Part shown: positions 1 through 8,967 of the stretch, one piece after another
Layout: the number at the start of each line of letters is the position of its first letter
Position numbering within the stretch: the stretch's first letter is position 1
DNA from: Chloroflexota bacterium
GTDB taxonomy: Bacteria > Chloroflexota > Limnocylindria > QHBO01
Length of the DNA: 64,000 nucleotides
Assembly: GCA_052388515.1 (NCBI GenBank)
Contig: JBQTHZ010000022.1
Coordinates: forward strand, 25,102 to 89,101
Reading direction: 5' to 3'
Program-made: the position numbers and the translations under genes
The notes under the pieces: model-generated
What the model saw: the letters and a program-made list of their open reading frames with translations, nothing else
The model's database searches: none
What the model was told of the DNA's origin: nothing

Positions 1-1660
1 GGAGCTCAACGAGCTGATGGAGGAGTACGGCCGGCTTCAGCATCGGTTCGAGGCGCTCGGCGGCTACGGCATGGAGGCCGATGCGCGGCGCATCCTGGCC
101 GGGCTCGGCTTCGCGGACGCAGACATGGAACGCGACACGGGTGAGCTCAGTGGCGGCTGGATGATGCGCGTCGCGCTCGCGCGGCTGCTCCTTCAGAACC
201 CCGACGTGCTGCTCCTCGACGAGCCGACAAACCACCTCGATCTCGCATCGGTCGAGTGGCTGCAGGGCTTCCTGGCCGTCTACGCCGGAGCCATCGTGCT
301 CGTCAGCCACGATCGTGACTTCATCAACGAGGTCGCCAACCGGGTCGTCGAGCTGCACGACGCCAATGCCACGGAGTACGTCGGCGACTACGCCGACTTC
401 GTCGAGCAGCGCACCGAGCGCATGGCGCAGATCGAGGCGGCCGCCAAGAACCAGCAGCGAAAGATCGCGCATACCCAGGCCTTCATCGATCGGTTCCGAT
501 ACAAGGCCTCGAAGGCAAGACAGGTGCAGAGCCGCGTGAAGGCGCTCGAGCGGCTGGACCGTGTCGCGTCGCCAACCGGCCGAACCAGGTCCGTGAGGTT
601 CCGCTTTCCCGCGCCGCCGCGCAGCGGCCGGACGGTCATCTCCCTCACCGATATCGCCAAGCGCTACGGCGACACGGTGGTCTACGGCGGCGACCTCGAT
701 CTGCAGCTCGAGCGCGGGCAGAAGGTGGCGCTGATCGGTCCGAACGGGGCGGGCAAGTCGACCCTGCTCAAGATCCTGGCAGGAGTCCTCGCATTCGAGA
801 GCGGCACTCGCGAGCTCGGCTCGAACGTGCAGGTCGCCTACTTTGCACAGCACCAGATCGAGGCGCTCAACCCGGAGAACACCGTGCTCAACGAGCTGAA
901 CGACGCGGCGCCGATGATGAGCACGACGGACATGCGCAAGCTGCTCGGCGCGTTGCTCTTCAGCGGGCAGGCGGTGGACAAGCAGGTCGGCATCCTGTCG
1001 GGCGGCGAGCAGACGAGACTGGCGCTGGCCAAGCTCCTCGCCGATCCGGCCAACCTGCTCTGCCTCGACGAGCCGACGACCCACCTCGACATCCAGTCAC
1101 GCGACGTGCTCGAAGACGCCCTCAACGCCTTTCCCGGCACGATCGTGCTGATCACCCACGACCGATACCTCATCCGCAGCGTTGCCAACACGATCATCGA
1201 GGTCAATGACGGGAACGCGACCGTCTATCCGGGCGACTTCGAGTATTACGCCGCCAAGCGCGGCGTCGACATCGAGACGCGAGGAGCCGTGGAAGGCGCG
1301 CGTTCCACGCCGCGCGGCGTGGTCGCCGCTGCTCCGAAGCCGCGCGAGTCGGCGAAGGCGGCCGCGAACCGCAGGCGACGCGAGGCCGAGGAACGGAACT
1401 CGCGCCACCGGCGCACGCGCGACCTGCGCCTCGCCATGGTGCGCGTCGAGACGGAGAGCGCGGCCATCGAGCGCGAGCTGGCGGAGATCACTCAGCGCCT
1501 GGCCGACCCAGGCATCTATGCCGATGCGACGATCGTCAAGCGGCACGTCGCCCGCCACAACGCGCTCCGCGATCGGAGCGAGGAGATCGGCCCTGAGCTG
1601 GCGCGCCTCCGCGCCGAGCTTGCTGAGGCCGAAGAGCCTCAGCTCGTCCCCAGCGAGTAG
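1..1660 (+). CDS. ABC-F family ATP-binding cassette protein (5' end outside window)
   Basis: Two ABC cassettes with signature [12 protein letters not shown] / [12 protein letters not shown] and Walker [10 protein letters not shown]. The frame is open to the window edge, so the N-terminus is missing. Arg-rich coiled C-terminal tail typical of ABC-F. Confidence 0.85.
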   Translation, partial: ELNELMEEYGRLQHRFEALGGYGMEADARRILAGLGFADADMERDTGELSGGWMMRVALARLLLQNPDVLLLDEPTNHLDLASVEWLQGFLAVYAGAIVLVSHDRDFINEVANRVVELHDANATEYVGDYADFVEQRTERMAQIEAAAKNQQRKIAHTQAFIDRFRYKASKARQVQSRVKALERLDRVASPTGRTRSVRFRFPAPPRSGRTVISLTDIAKRYGDTVVYGGDLDLQLERGQKVALIGPNGAGKSTLLKILAGVLAFESGTRELGSNVQVAYFAQHQIEALNPENTVLNELNDAAPMMSTTDMRKLLGALLFSGQAVDKQVGILSGGEQTRLALAKLLADPANLLCLDEPTTHLDIQSRDVLEDALNAFPGTIVLITHDRYLIRSVANTIIEVNDGNATVYPGDFEYYAAKRGVDIETRGAVEGARSTPRGVVAAAPKPRESAKAAANRRRREAEERNSRHRRTRDLRLAMVRVETESAAIERELAEITQRLADPGIYADATIVKRHVARHNALRDRSEEIGPELARLRAELAEAEEPQLVPSE

Positions 1661-1663
1661 CGG

Positions 1664-2620
1664 GTGACGGGACGCGCGTCCCCCGGATCGGCCGGGCTGC
1701 TGGGAGCCGGCCTGGTCGTCCTGGCGGCGATCTGTTTCGGCACCCTCGGACCGATCACCCGCTATGCCGATGACGCCGGCGTGGGCTCGCTGGCCATCGT
1801 CGCCTGGCGCGCGGGGATCGGCGCCACCGCCATGATCCTGCTCCTGATCACACTGCGTGGCGCCGCCGGGCGGCGACCGCTGGCGCTGCGCGAGATCCCG
1901 GCCGGCGATCGGTGGTTCATCGGCGCAGCGTCGATGGCCAACCTGGTCCTCAACCTGGCGATGTTCATCGCCTTCGTGCGCATCGAGATCGGCCTCTCGC
2001 TGCTCGTCTTCTACAGCTACCCGGCATTCGTGGCCGTGGCTTCCGTCGCCTGGTTCGGCGACCGGCTCGACGCGGTGCGATGGGGAGCGCTCGGCCTGTC
2101 GATGTTCGGGCTGATCCTCACGCTCACCGGCTCGGGCGAGCTCGGCGAGCTCGACGCGCTGGGCATCGGCCTCTCGTTCCTGGCCGCGCTGACCCAGGCG
2201 TTCTACGTCCTCGCCGCACGCCACGGATTCGCCCGCATTCCGCCGGTCGAGTCGGCGGCCCTGACCATGGGCGGTGCGGCACTCGGCTATGTCGCGATTG
2301 CCCTGGTCATCGGGCAGCTCGTCGACCTTGGTGCACCGCTCGCTTCGGGCGCGGCACTCCTGCCCGTGCTGCTGGCCGGGCTCGTCGGTGCCGCGATCCC
2401 GACCCTGTGCTTCATCACCGGCATTCGCCTGCTGGGCGCCCCGCGGGCGGCGATCCTGAGCACGCTCGAGCCTGTCGTTGGCGTCGCCCTGGCGGCGTGG
2501 CTCCTGAACGAGCGGCCTGAGCTCCTCCAGCTCGCCGGCGGCGCGTTGATCCTGACGGCGGCGGTCCTGCTTCAGCTGCGGGGCCGTACTGCCTCCGAGC
2601 ACGAGGCAGTCGGCGCCTGA
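1664..2620 (+). CDS. EamA/DMT-superfamily permease
   Basis: About 10 TM helices with duplicated EamA-like halves. Start lies 4 nt after the ABC-F stop. Confidence 0.7.
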   Translation: MTGRASPGSAGLLGAGLVVLAAICFGTLGPITRYADDAGVGSLAIVAWRAGIGATAMILLLITLRGAAGRRPLALREIPAGDRWFIGAASMANLVLNLAMFIAFVRIEIGLSLLVFYSYPAFVAVASVAWFGDRLDAVRWGALGLSMFGLILTLTGSGELGELDALGIGLSFLAALTQAFYVLAARHGFARIPPVESAALTMGGAALGYVAIALVIGQLVDLGAPLASGAALLPVLLAGLVGAAIPTLCFITGIRLLGAPRAAILSTLEPVVGVALAAWLLNERPELLQLAGGALILTAAVLLQLRGRTASEHEAVGA

Positions 2621-2792
2621 CAAATCAGTGGTGACTTCCGGCACCGTCGTGCGCACAGCACCGGTTGGCACCGATGCTCACTCCCCGCAACCGCACAACC
2701 GAAGGTACTACCACCTGATGGGACCTTCGGCTAGGGTCGAAATCGAGCCCGCATCGAACCGCGATCGGGTCGAACGACCAGGGGAGGCGATC

Positions 2793-3596
2793 ATGGTGGC
2801 AAGTCTCAACCGGCGCACGGTGGCGCCGATGCTCGTGCTTCTGTCGATGCTGCTGATGCTTGTCATCGCGGCTCCGGTGGCAGCCAAGAATCCGCCGGGC
2901 AACAACGGCACCGTCAAGATCGATGGCGTCGAGTTCGACCGGCACCCGAACAATGAGCCGCACGTCGGCTGCACCTTCGAGGTCGACTTCTACGGCTTCG
3001 ACGAGGGCGACCTCTGGGCCGATGTGACCTTCGAGGCACACGCTCCCACCGGCCGCGGCGTGCTCCTGCAGGACCGGATCTTCATCGGGGAAGATGACAA
3101 CGACGGCGGCGGGAGCGAGGCGGGCTGGGATGCCTCGCGCGAATACGACCTCACGCGGGCATTGAGCGGCTACCCGGTTCATCCGCAGCAGGGGTATCAC
3201 GTCAAGCTGACCGTCAACGCGGACGGATCGCAGGGCGCCGATACCAAGCACAAGGTGTTCTGGGTCGGCCCCTGCGACGCTCCCTCGAACCCACCGAACA
3301 ACCCACCGAACAACCCACCGAACAACCCGCCGGCGAATCCGCCGAACAACCCGCCGGGGAATCCCCCGAACAATTCGCCGGGGACCCCGCCGGGGAGTGG
3401 CACCGATGGCGCGAGCGCTCCGCCGCGAAGTGACACAGCGGGGAGCAGTGGAGGCCCGACGGTCCCCATGCTGCCGGACACGGCGATGAGTGCCACATCG
3501 GCATCGCTCGTGCTGTTCGGCGTCGCGGTCATGGTCGGCGGGACGGGAGCGCTCGCTCTCGCCGCCGTTCGTCGCACCCGCTCGCGCCGCCGCTGA
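2793..3596 (+). CDS. Secreted cell-wall-anchored protein: signal peptide, unknown globular domain, PPNN proline-rich linker, LPDTA sorting signal
   Basis: GGAGG RBS at 2783-2787, then ATG at 2793 and a signal peptide MVASLNRRTVAPMLVLLSMLLMLVIAAPVAA. C-terminus is LPDTA, a hydrophobic stretch and RRTRSRRR, the sortase tripartite signal with an LPXTG variant. The ORF-track start at 2628 lacks a signal peptide and an RBS. Confidence 0.7.
   Translation: MVASLNRRTVAPMLVLLSMLLMLVIAAPVAAKNPPGNNGTVKIDGVEFDRHPNNEPHVGCTFEVDFYGFDEGDLWADVTFEAHAPTGRGVLLQDRIFIGEDDNDGGGSEAGWDASREYDLTRALSGYPVHPQQGYHVKLTVNADGSQGADTKHKVFWVGPCDAPSNPPNNPPNNPPNNPPANPPNNPPGNPPNNSPGTPPGSGTDGASAPPRSDTAGSSGGPTVPMLPDTAMSATSASLVLFGVAVMVGGTGALALAAVRRTRSRRR
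3282..3380 (+). repeat. Imperfect tandem 12-nt coding repeat (ccaccgaacaac)n encoding (PPNN)n
   Basis: Directly visible: about 7-8 tandem copies encoding PPNNPPNNPPNNPPANPPNNPPGNPPNN. Confidence 0.8.
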
Positions 3597-3605
3597 TGAT
3601 GATGA

Positions 3606-3625
3606 TGGGCGGGCTCCGGCCCGCC
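3606..3625. terminator. Bidirectional stem-loop between convergent genes
   Basis: gggcgggc-tccg-gcccgccc, a perfect 8-bp GC stem with a 4-nt loop. It sits between the sorted-protein stop (3596) and the aspartokinase stop (3651), and is preceded by a (tga)4 run. Confidence 0.6.
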
Positions 3626-3650
3626 CATCGGTCGAGGCAACGGCCGGCGA

Positions 3651-4721
3651 CTACCCTGGCTCCGCGGAGCCTCCCATGAACGATGCGTGCACGGCCTGGG
3701 CTGCCGAGGCGGCCGAGGCGAGCGGTACCTCGGCCCACACGACACGCATGCCACCTTCGTCGAACGCGCCCTCGCCGTGCGCCGGCAGCGGCAGCACCTC
3801 CGGCATGAGCGACGCGGGCCCGACGAGGCTGATCCGCGCCACGCGCTCCTTTCGATCGACGGCGAGCATGAGCACGCCGCCCTCGGAGACCGACGAGGGA
3901 CGAACAAGCGTCTGGGGCGCGCCGTCCTCGAGGGCTCGCACCACCAGCCGCAACTTCCCGCGGCGCGCCCGACGGACCGCCACCGGATGAACGACCTCGG
4001 CACCCATCTCGGCCAGCAGCTCCAGCTGCAACGCGTCGACGAAGGGCAGGAAGCGGGCGCTCGGCACGAGGTGCGGATCGGCTTCGAGGACGCCACCGAC
4101 GTCCTTGAACAGCTCGCACCGATCGGCTCGCAGCGCAACCGCCAGGGCCACCGCCGACAGGTCGGTCCCTCCGCGGCCGAGCGTCGTCAGCTCGCCATGG
4201 GTGCCGATCCCCTGGAACCCGGCCACCACCGGCACCAGTCCCCCGTTGAGCGCCGCGCGCACCGGCCGCGAGAGCACGCGCCGCACCTCTGCCCCGAGGT
4301 GTGCGGCCGCCGTTCGAATGCCGGCCTCGGCCCCGGAGAACGACCGAGCGGGAATGCCACGCCCCTGGAGGCCGAGCGCAAACAGCGAGGCGGAGAGCGC
4401 CTCCCCTGTGGCCAACGCGCGATCCGTCTCTCTCGCGAGCCCTGAGTCGGCGGCGTGACCCGGCTCTCGAAGCGAATCACCGCGATCCGGCAGGAGCACG
4501 CGCGCGGCGCCCAGGATGGTGTCGGTCACGCCCTCGAACGCGCTGACCACCACGACCGGTCGGACGCCCGAACCGCGCTGGCGTACGACGACCTCCACGG
4601 CGGCCGCGATGTCCTCCGGTCGACGCAGGACCGATCCGCCGAACTTGTCGACGACGATCTCGGGAGACGATGGCCGGGGCACGTTTCCGGCCTCAGGAGG
4701 CGGCCGACGGATCGGCCGCAA
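3651..4721 (-). CDS. ask: Aspartate kinase (true start probably the downstream GTG near 4682)
   Basis: Amino-acid-kinase N-terminus IVVDKFGGSVL matches the aspartokinase VxKFGG motif, followed by ACT-like C-terminal region. The ORF-track start overlaps the upstream HAD gene by 29 nt; the V at 4682 would remove that overlap. Confidence 0.75.
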   Translation of the reverse strand: MRPIRRPPPEAGNVPRPSSPEIVVDKFGGSVLRRPEDIAAAVEVVVRQRGSGVRPVVVVSAFEGVTDTILGAARVLLPDRGDSLREPGHAADSGLARETDRALATGEALSASLFALGLQGRGIPARSFSGAEAGIRTAAAHLGAEVRRVLSRPVRAALNGGLVPVVAGFQGIGTHGELTTLGRGGTDLSAVALAVALRADRCELFKDVGGVLEADPHLVPSARFLPFVDALQLELLAEMGAEVVHPVAVRRARRGKLRLVVRALEDGAPQTLVRPSSVSEGGVLMLAVDRKERVARISLVGPASLMPEVLPLPAHGEGAFDEGGMRVVWAEVPLASAASAAQAVHASFMGGSAEPG

Positions 4722-5475
4722 TCACCTCGCCACGCGGCAGCGGACCGCCGGCGCGGACGATCTCCGGCAGGTCGTCCAGCGATCGGATGATCCGCACATC
4801 GGTGGGCACCGGCTCTCCGGCCGGCGTGATCCGGATCCCCTCGTGCCGATCGAGCCAGGCGGCATCCATGCCCGCGCCCCAAGCGCCGCGCACGTCCGCC
4901 CGATACGAGTCGCCGACCATCAGCGCCTCGTCGGGACGGACCCCGGCGCGATCGAGCGCCATGCGGTAGAACGCCGGATTCGGCTTCGCCACACCGACCG
5001 CACCCGAGGCAAGGACGAAGTCGAAGGATCGGTCGATGCCAAGCTCCACGATGATGGGACGCAGGTTGGAGCCCCAGTCGCTGATGATCCCGATCTTCAC
5101 GCCTTCGCACGCTCGCACTTCGCCCAGCATCGGCTTGACGTCGGGATAGAGCTGCCAGGCGTCGGTCGAGAACTGGCTGGCCAGGATGCGATCGAGGACC
5201 TCGCGGCGAGCGCCGACCCCGAGCCGCTCGAGCATGACACCGTGATATTGACGCCAGTAGGCCTCGATGCGGCCGTCGTCGCTCCACGTGTCGTTGTCCG
5301 GGCGGTGATACTGGTCCCAGAACCAGCGGTCGGCCTCCTCCCACGCGGCGCGGAGCTCATCCTCGGTGATCTCGTGTCCATCAGCGGCCAGCACGCCCGA
5401 CAGCGCATCGGCCAACGTGTGACGCGGCGAGAGGAGCGTGAAGCCCGCATCCAGGCAGAGCAGTCGATACGCCAT
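4693..5475 (-). CDS. HAD-superfamily hydrolase
   Basis: Motif I LLCLDAGFTL (DxG), motif III KPNP and motif IV VGDSYRADV. The long N-terminal extension in the ORF track is discarded; the ATG at 5475 gives a canonical HAD start. Confidence 0.7.
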   Translation of the reverse strand: MAYRLLCLDAGFTLLSPRHTLADALSGVLAADGHEITEDELRAAWEEADRWFWDQYHRPDNDTWSDDGRIEAYWRQYHGVMLERLGVGARREVLDRILASQFSTDAWQLYPDVKPMLGEVRACEGVKIGIISDWGSNLRPIIVELGIDRSFDFVLASGAVGVAKPNPAFYRMALDRAGVRPDEALMVGDSYRADVRGAWGAGMDAAWLDRHEGIRITPAGEPVPTDVRIIRSLDDLPEIVRAGGPLPRGEVIAADPSAAS

Positions 5476-5578
5476 GGCCCGCAACGGTAGCGCACCATGC
5501 CAGACCGATGCGCCCGGCGCGGCCGCTGATACCCTTCCATGCGTGCCCGCACCGCTCGGCTCGGAAGCCGTCCACGAC

Positions 5579-6445
5579 ATGCGTCGCGCTCTCCTCGGTT
5601 GGTACGCCGTGGAGCACCGCGACTTCCCGTGGCGCGGGACGCGCGACCCATATGCCGTCCTGGTCAGCGAGGTCATGCTGCAGCAGACGCAGGCAGCGCG
5701 GGTCGCGCAGCGCTTCCCGTCGTTCATGGCCCGCTTCCCCACGGTCGAGTCGCTCGCGTCAGGGCCGGTCGCCACGGTCGTCGCCGAGTGGAGCGGGCTC
5801 GGCTACAACCGCCGGGCGATCGCGCTCCACAGAGCCGCGACGATCATCTCGCGCGAGGGCTGGCCGCGTGACGTTGCGAGCCTGGCTCGGCTGCCGGGGA
5901 TCGGTCCCTACACGGCGCGCGCCGTTGCCTCGCTTGCCTTCGACACGCCAGTCGGCGTGGTCGATACGAACGTCCGTCGCTGGCTGCTCCGTCGATTCGG
6001 TGGACCCGACCGGCCACGACGGCTTCAGTCGCTGTCCGACACGCTCGCAGCGTCGGGCACCGGGCCGGACGTCGCCGCATGGACCCACGCCAGCATGGAG
6101 TTCGGGGCCGCCATCTGCCGCCCGCGGGATGCGCGGTGCGACATCTGTCCGATCGCCGCCGGCTGCCCGTCCCGGGATGCCGCCGCGACGGTGGCGGTGC
6201 CACGGCAAGCCGCCCTGCGAGGGACCGATCGCGCCTACCGCGGCGCGGTCGTGCGGCTGCTCTCGGCCGCAGCCGGCCACCGGATCACCGAACGGCGCCT
6301 ACGTCGAGTCCTGGCGCTCGACACGGGACGCATCGGCAGACGCCTGGACTCGGCGGACTGGGAGCGCATCATCGATGGCCTCGAGCGCGACGGCCTCGCC
6401 CATCGGTCCGGCGGAATCGTTCGGCTGGGCGCGGCTACAATTTGA
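5579..6445 (+). CDS. mutY: A/G-specific adenine DNA glycosylase (MutY-like HhH-GPD with 4Fe-4S cluster); no obvious MutT-like C-terminal domain
   Basis: DFPWR...DPYAVLVSEVMLQQTQ is the MutY signature. HhH-GPD element LPGIGPYTARAV. Cys cluster CRPRDARCDICPIAAGC. Confidence 0.7.
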   Translation: MRRALLGWYAVEHRDFPWRGTRDPYAVLVSEVMLQQTQAARVAQRFPSFMARFPTVESLASGPVATVVAEWSGLGYNRRAIALHRAATIISREGWPRDVASLARLPGIGPYTARAVASLAFDTPVGVVDTNVRRWLLRRFGGPDRPRRLQSLSDTLAASGTGPDVAAWTHASMEFGAAICRPRDARCDICPIAAGCPSRDAAATVAVPRQAALRGTDRAYRGAVVRLLSAAAGHRITERRLRRVLALDTGRIGRRLDSADWERIIDGLERDGLAHRSGGIVRLGAATI

Positions 6446-6448
6446 GGC

Positions 6449-6967
6449 ATGAGCATGAAGCTGGCGGTCGGCGATCCGCTCCCGTCGGTAGGCCTGCGCG
6501 CCACCGACGGGTACCTCCTCAACCTGCGCACCTTCGTCACCAGGCAGCCGGCGTTGATCCTCTTCTTCGGCGCACCGACGCTGAAGGGCGCCAGCCGCCG
6601 CAGGGGGCTCAAGGCCATCGAGGCCCTGTCCGATGGGCATCAGCGGCTGCACGAGGCCGGCATCGCGGTCGTCGGCATCAGCTGCGACTCCGAGCAGCAG
6701 CAAACGGCGTTCGTCACCAAGCAGTCGCTGCCATTCCTCCTGCTCAGCGATGAGCGCCGCAGCGCGGTGGAGATGCTCGGCATCGAGGCGACCGCCGACG
6801 GTGAGAACGTGAACGTGGCCCAGCCCGTCGCCATCGCGGTGGATCGAGATGGGATCATCCGCGCGATCATCGACCGAGTCGAGCCGGATGCGCTGATCGA
6901 CCAGGCGGTCCGTGCGCTCTCCGAGCCGATCCCGGCCGCCGCCGAGGACGCATCTGCCTCCGCGTAG
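6449..6967 (+). CDS. Thioredoxin-fold AhpC/TSA (Bcp-like) family protein lacking the peroxidatic cysteine
   Basis: Bcp-like layout: LILFFGAPTLKGA sits where FxPxxxTxxC is expected, followed by GISCDS. The conserved Cys position is Ala/Gly. Confidence 0.5.
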   Translation: MSMKLAVGDPLPSVGLRATDGYLLNLRTFVTRQPALILFFGAPTLKGASRRRGLKAIEALSDGHQRLHEAGIAVVGISCDSEQQQTAFVTKQSLPFLLLSDERRSAVEMLGIEATADGENVNVAQPVAIAVDRDGIIRAIIDRVEPDALIDQAVRALSEPIPAAAEDASASA

Positions 6968-6971
6968 GCCG

Positions 6972-7991
6972 ATGCGAGCCATTCGGCTCCATGCCGCTGG
7001 CGAGCCGATGCGGCTCGACGAGGTCCCGATCCCGGACCCGAGCGGCGCCCAGGTCCGCATCCGCGTCGGCGGCTGCGGTGTCTGCCATACGGACCTGCAC
7101 ATCGTCGACGGCACCCAGCCACGGGTCTCGTTGCCGGTCACCCTCGGGCACGAGGTCGCCGGTTTCGTCGACGCCGTCGGCCCGGGTGCCGCCGAGCAAC
7201 CGCCCATCGGCCAGGCGGTCCTGGTGCACGGCGGCTGGGGCTGCGGCCGATGCCGGGAGTGCGGGGCGGGCGCCGAGCAGCGCTGCGACCGATCCATTGC
7301 TCCAGGCTTTCAGGCCGACGGCGGCTACGCCGAGGCCATGCTCGTCCCCCATCCCCGCCATCTCGTCCCGCTGACCCGGCTGGACCCCGTGCGCGCGGCT
7401 CCCCTGGCCGATGCCGGCGTCACGCCCTACCGTGCCGTGCGGCGCGCCGAACGCTGGCTCCGGCCAGGCGCCCGGGTGCTGGTGATCGGTGCCGGAGCGC
7501 TTGGCCAGTTCGCGCTCCAGTACCTCCGCCTCGTGCCCGACGCGGGAGCCGACCTCGTCGTCGGCGTGCAGGAGCGTTCGCCGATGCGCCTGGCGCGAGC
7601 GACGGAGCTCGGCGCCGATCTCGCCCTGCCGGAGACCGATCCAGGTGCGCTCCTCGACTCGCTCGGCGATCAGGTGGACGTGGTGCTCGACTTCGTCGGG
7701 AGCGATGCGACGCTCGCCCAGGCTGGCGCCGTCGTCGCTCCGGACGGGCTGGTCGTGCTGGTGGGCGAGGCTGGGGGCTCAGCGCCGTTCGGGTTCGACG
7801 GCCCGCCCGTCGAGTCGTGGCTGACGACTGTCGCCTGGGGCTCGCATGGCGACCTCCGCGAGGTTGTGCGACTTGCCGAGGATGGCGTGCTGCAGTGGGT
7901 TGTCGAGCCGGTTCCGCTGGACGAGGCACTGGCCGCGCACGATCGCCTGCGTTCGGGCGACGTCAACGGCCGCCTCGTGTTGGTGCCGTGA
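6972..7991 (+). CDS. Zinc-dependent alcohol dehydrogenase (MDR family)
   Basis: GGCGVCHTDLH zinc/catalytic motif, structural zinc Cys cluster WGCGRCRECGAG..C, and Rossmann VLVIGAGALG. Confidence 0.85.
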   Translation: MRAIRLHAAGEPMRLDEVPIPDPSGAQVRIRVGGCGVCHTDLHIVDGTQPRVSLPVTLGHEVAGFVDAVGPGAAEQPPIGQAVLVHGGWGCGRCRECGAGAEQRCDRSIAPGFQADGGYAEAMLVPHPRHLVPLTRLDPVRAAPLADAGVTPYRAVRRAERWLRPGARVLVIGAGALGQFALQYLRLVPDAGADLVVGVQERSPMRLARATELGADLALPETDPGALLDSLGDQVDVVLDFVGSDATLAQAGAVVAPDGLVVLVGEAGGSAPFGFDGPPVESWLTTVAWGSHGDLREVVRLAEDGVLQWVVEPVPLDEALAAHDRLRSGDVNGRLVLVP

Positions 7992-8221
7992 CGCTTCGAT
8001 CGCTTCCGAGCAGGCCACCGAGTTGAACAATGTGCGCCCAGCGGTCAATGCCCGGAAATCGCGGCCTGGCACCGAGGTTCTGAGCGTGGACGGGAGGCCG
8101 ATCGGCCTCATGGGCCGGGCAGTGTCCGTCCTCGTGAGCAGTGTTCAGGACGGGTGACCGTGCGATGAACAGTGCGCATCGAGGCGCACATTGTCCAGGA
8201 CCGATCCGCGCCCGTACGGGC

Positions 8222-8941
8222 TCAGCCGCCGAAGAGGCGAGAGAAGATGCCCTTCCGATCTCCCTGCCGGACGTAGAAGGGGGCGGCGGTGGCGTCGTAC
8301 ATCTCGCGGAGAACCGGCGCGCGGAGATCGGTGACGGCCAGCAGCCGACGCGAGCCGAGATGCTCGGTGGCGACGGCATGGAGCCGGTTGCGGACGGCGT
8401 CGAAGTCGGCGAGCAGCGCATCGGGATGCAGCTGGATGCCGGCCGTCCAGGCGGTGCCGGCGCGGAGCAACCAGGCTCGCTCGACATGCGCCAGCTCGGA
8501 CAGGGCGGCATGCAGCTCGCGGCCGAACGGCTCCGGCACCTGCTCCGGAACCTCGAGCGCCGGCAGGTTCCCGAGTGGCCGGCGCGCGCGCAGAGCATCC
8601 GGCCGATTCGGATCGATACCGGCCGCCAGGAATGGCAGCACGCCGACGGCCACCTCGATCTGGGTCGGCGCGCCTGGATCGACCACGACACGCTCCTGGA
8701 CCGCATCGGCTCGCTCGAACAGGTCGCGTGCCTTCATGCGAATGCTGTCGCTCCCCGGAGGACCGAAATCCACGAGCGCCGCGGGAGAGCTGAAGGCCGC
8801 GATGAATCGCTCGCCGGCCTCGTCCGTTCCGTGGCGGAAGGCCTCGCTGTTCAGCAGCTCCGGGTGCGGCGCTTCACCGCTCGACGACCGGATGGGCACG
8901 ACGAGATCGGCGTCGACGAGGTCGTCCAGGTTCGGAGCCAT
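8222..8941 (-). CDS. Hypothetical protein (possibly SseB-family-like), downstream of gltX
   Basis: Clean 240-aa frame from ATG 8941, 27 nt after the gltX stop. No motif I can name with certainty. The upstream part of the ORF-track frame overlaps gltX and is rejected. Confidence 0.4.
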   Translation of the reverse strand: MAPNLDDLVDADLVVPIRSSSGEAPHPELLNSEAFRHGTDEAGERFIAAFSSPAALVDFGPPGSDSIRMKARDLFERADAVQERVVVDPGAPTQIEVAVGVLPFLAAGIDPNRPDALRARRPLGNLPALEVPEQVPEPFGRELHAALSELAHVERAWLLRAGTAWTAGIQLHPDALLADFDAVRNRLHAVATEHLGSRRLLAVTDLRAPVLREMYDATAAPFYVRQGDRKGIFSRLFGG

Positions 8942-8967
8942 CTCGCCTGCGCGTGGCTCGTCGAAAC

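Noticed and set aside
1097-2671. 524-aa minus-strand ORF, antisense to the ABC-F and EamA genes
   Set aside because: Product is Arg/Gly/Asp low-complexity with no motifs. It is a typical antisense open frame in 70% GC DNA where stop codons are rare. Similar rejected shadow ORFs: 4526-5344(-), 8141-9463(+), 10459-11103(-), 12926-14437(-), 17929-19170(+ N-terminal part), 20657-21880(-), 22843-23850(-), 25783-26949(+), 27392-28855(+), 29175-30593(+), 30289-32241(+), 35710-37158(-), 49640-52054(+), 51798-54032(+), 7963-8706(-).
2628-2792. ORF-track N-terminal extension of the sorted surface protein
   Set aside because: No signal peptide at that start, no RBS, and it contains the leader hairpin. 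The ATG at 2793 has a GGAGG RBS and an immediate signal peptide.
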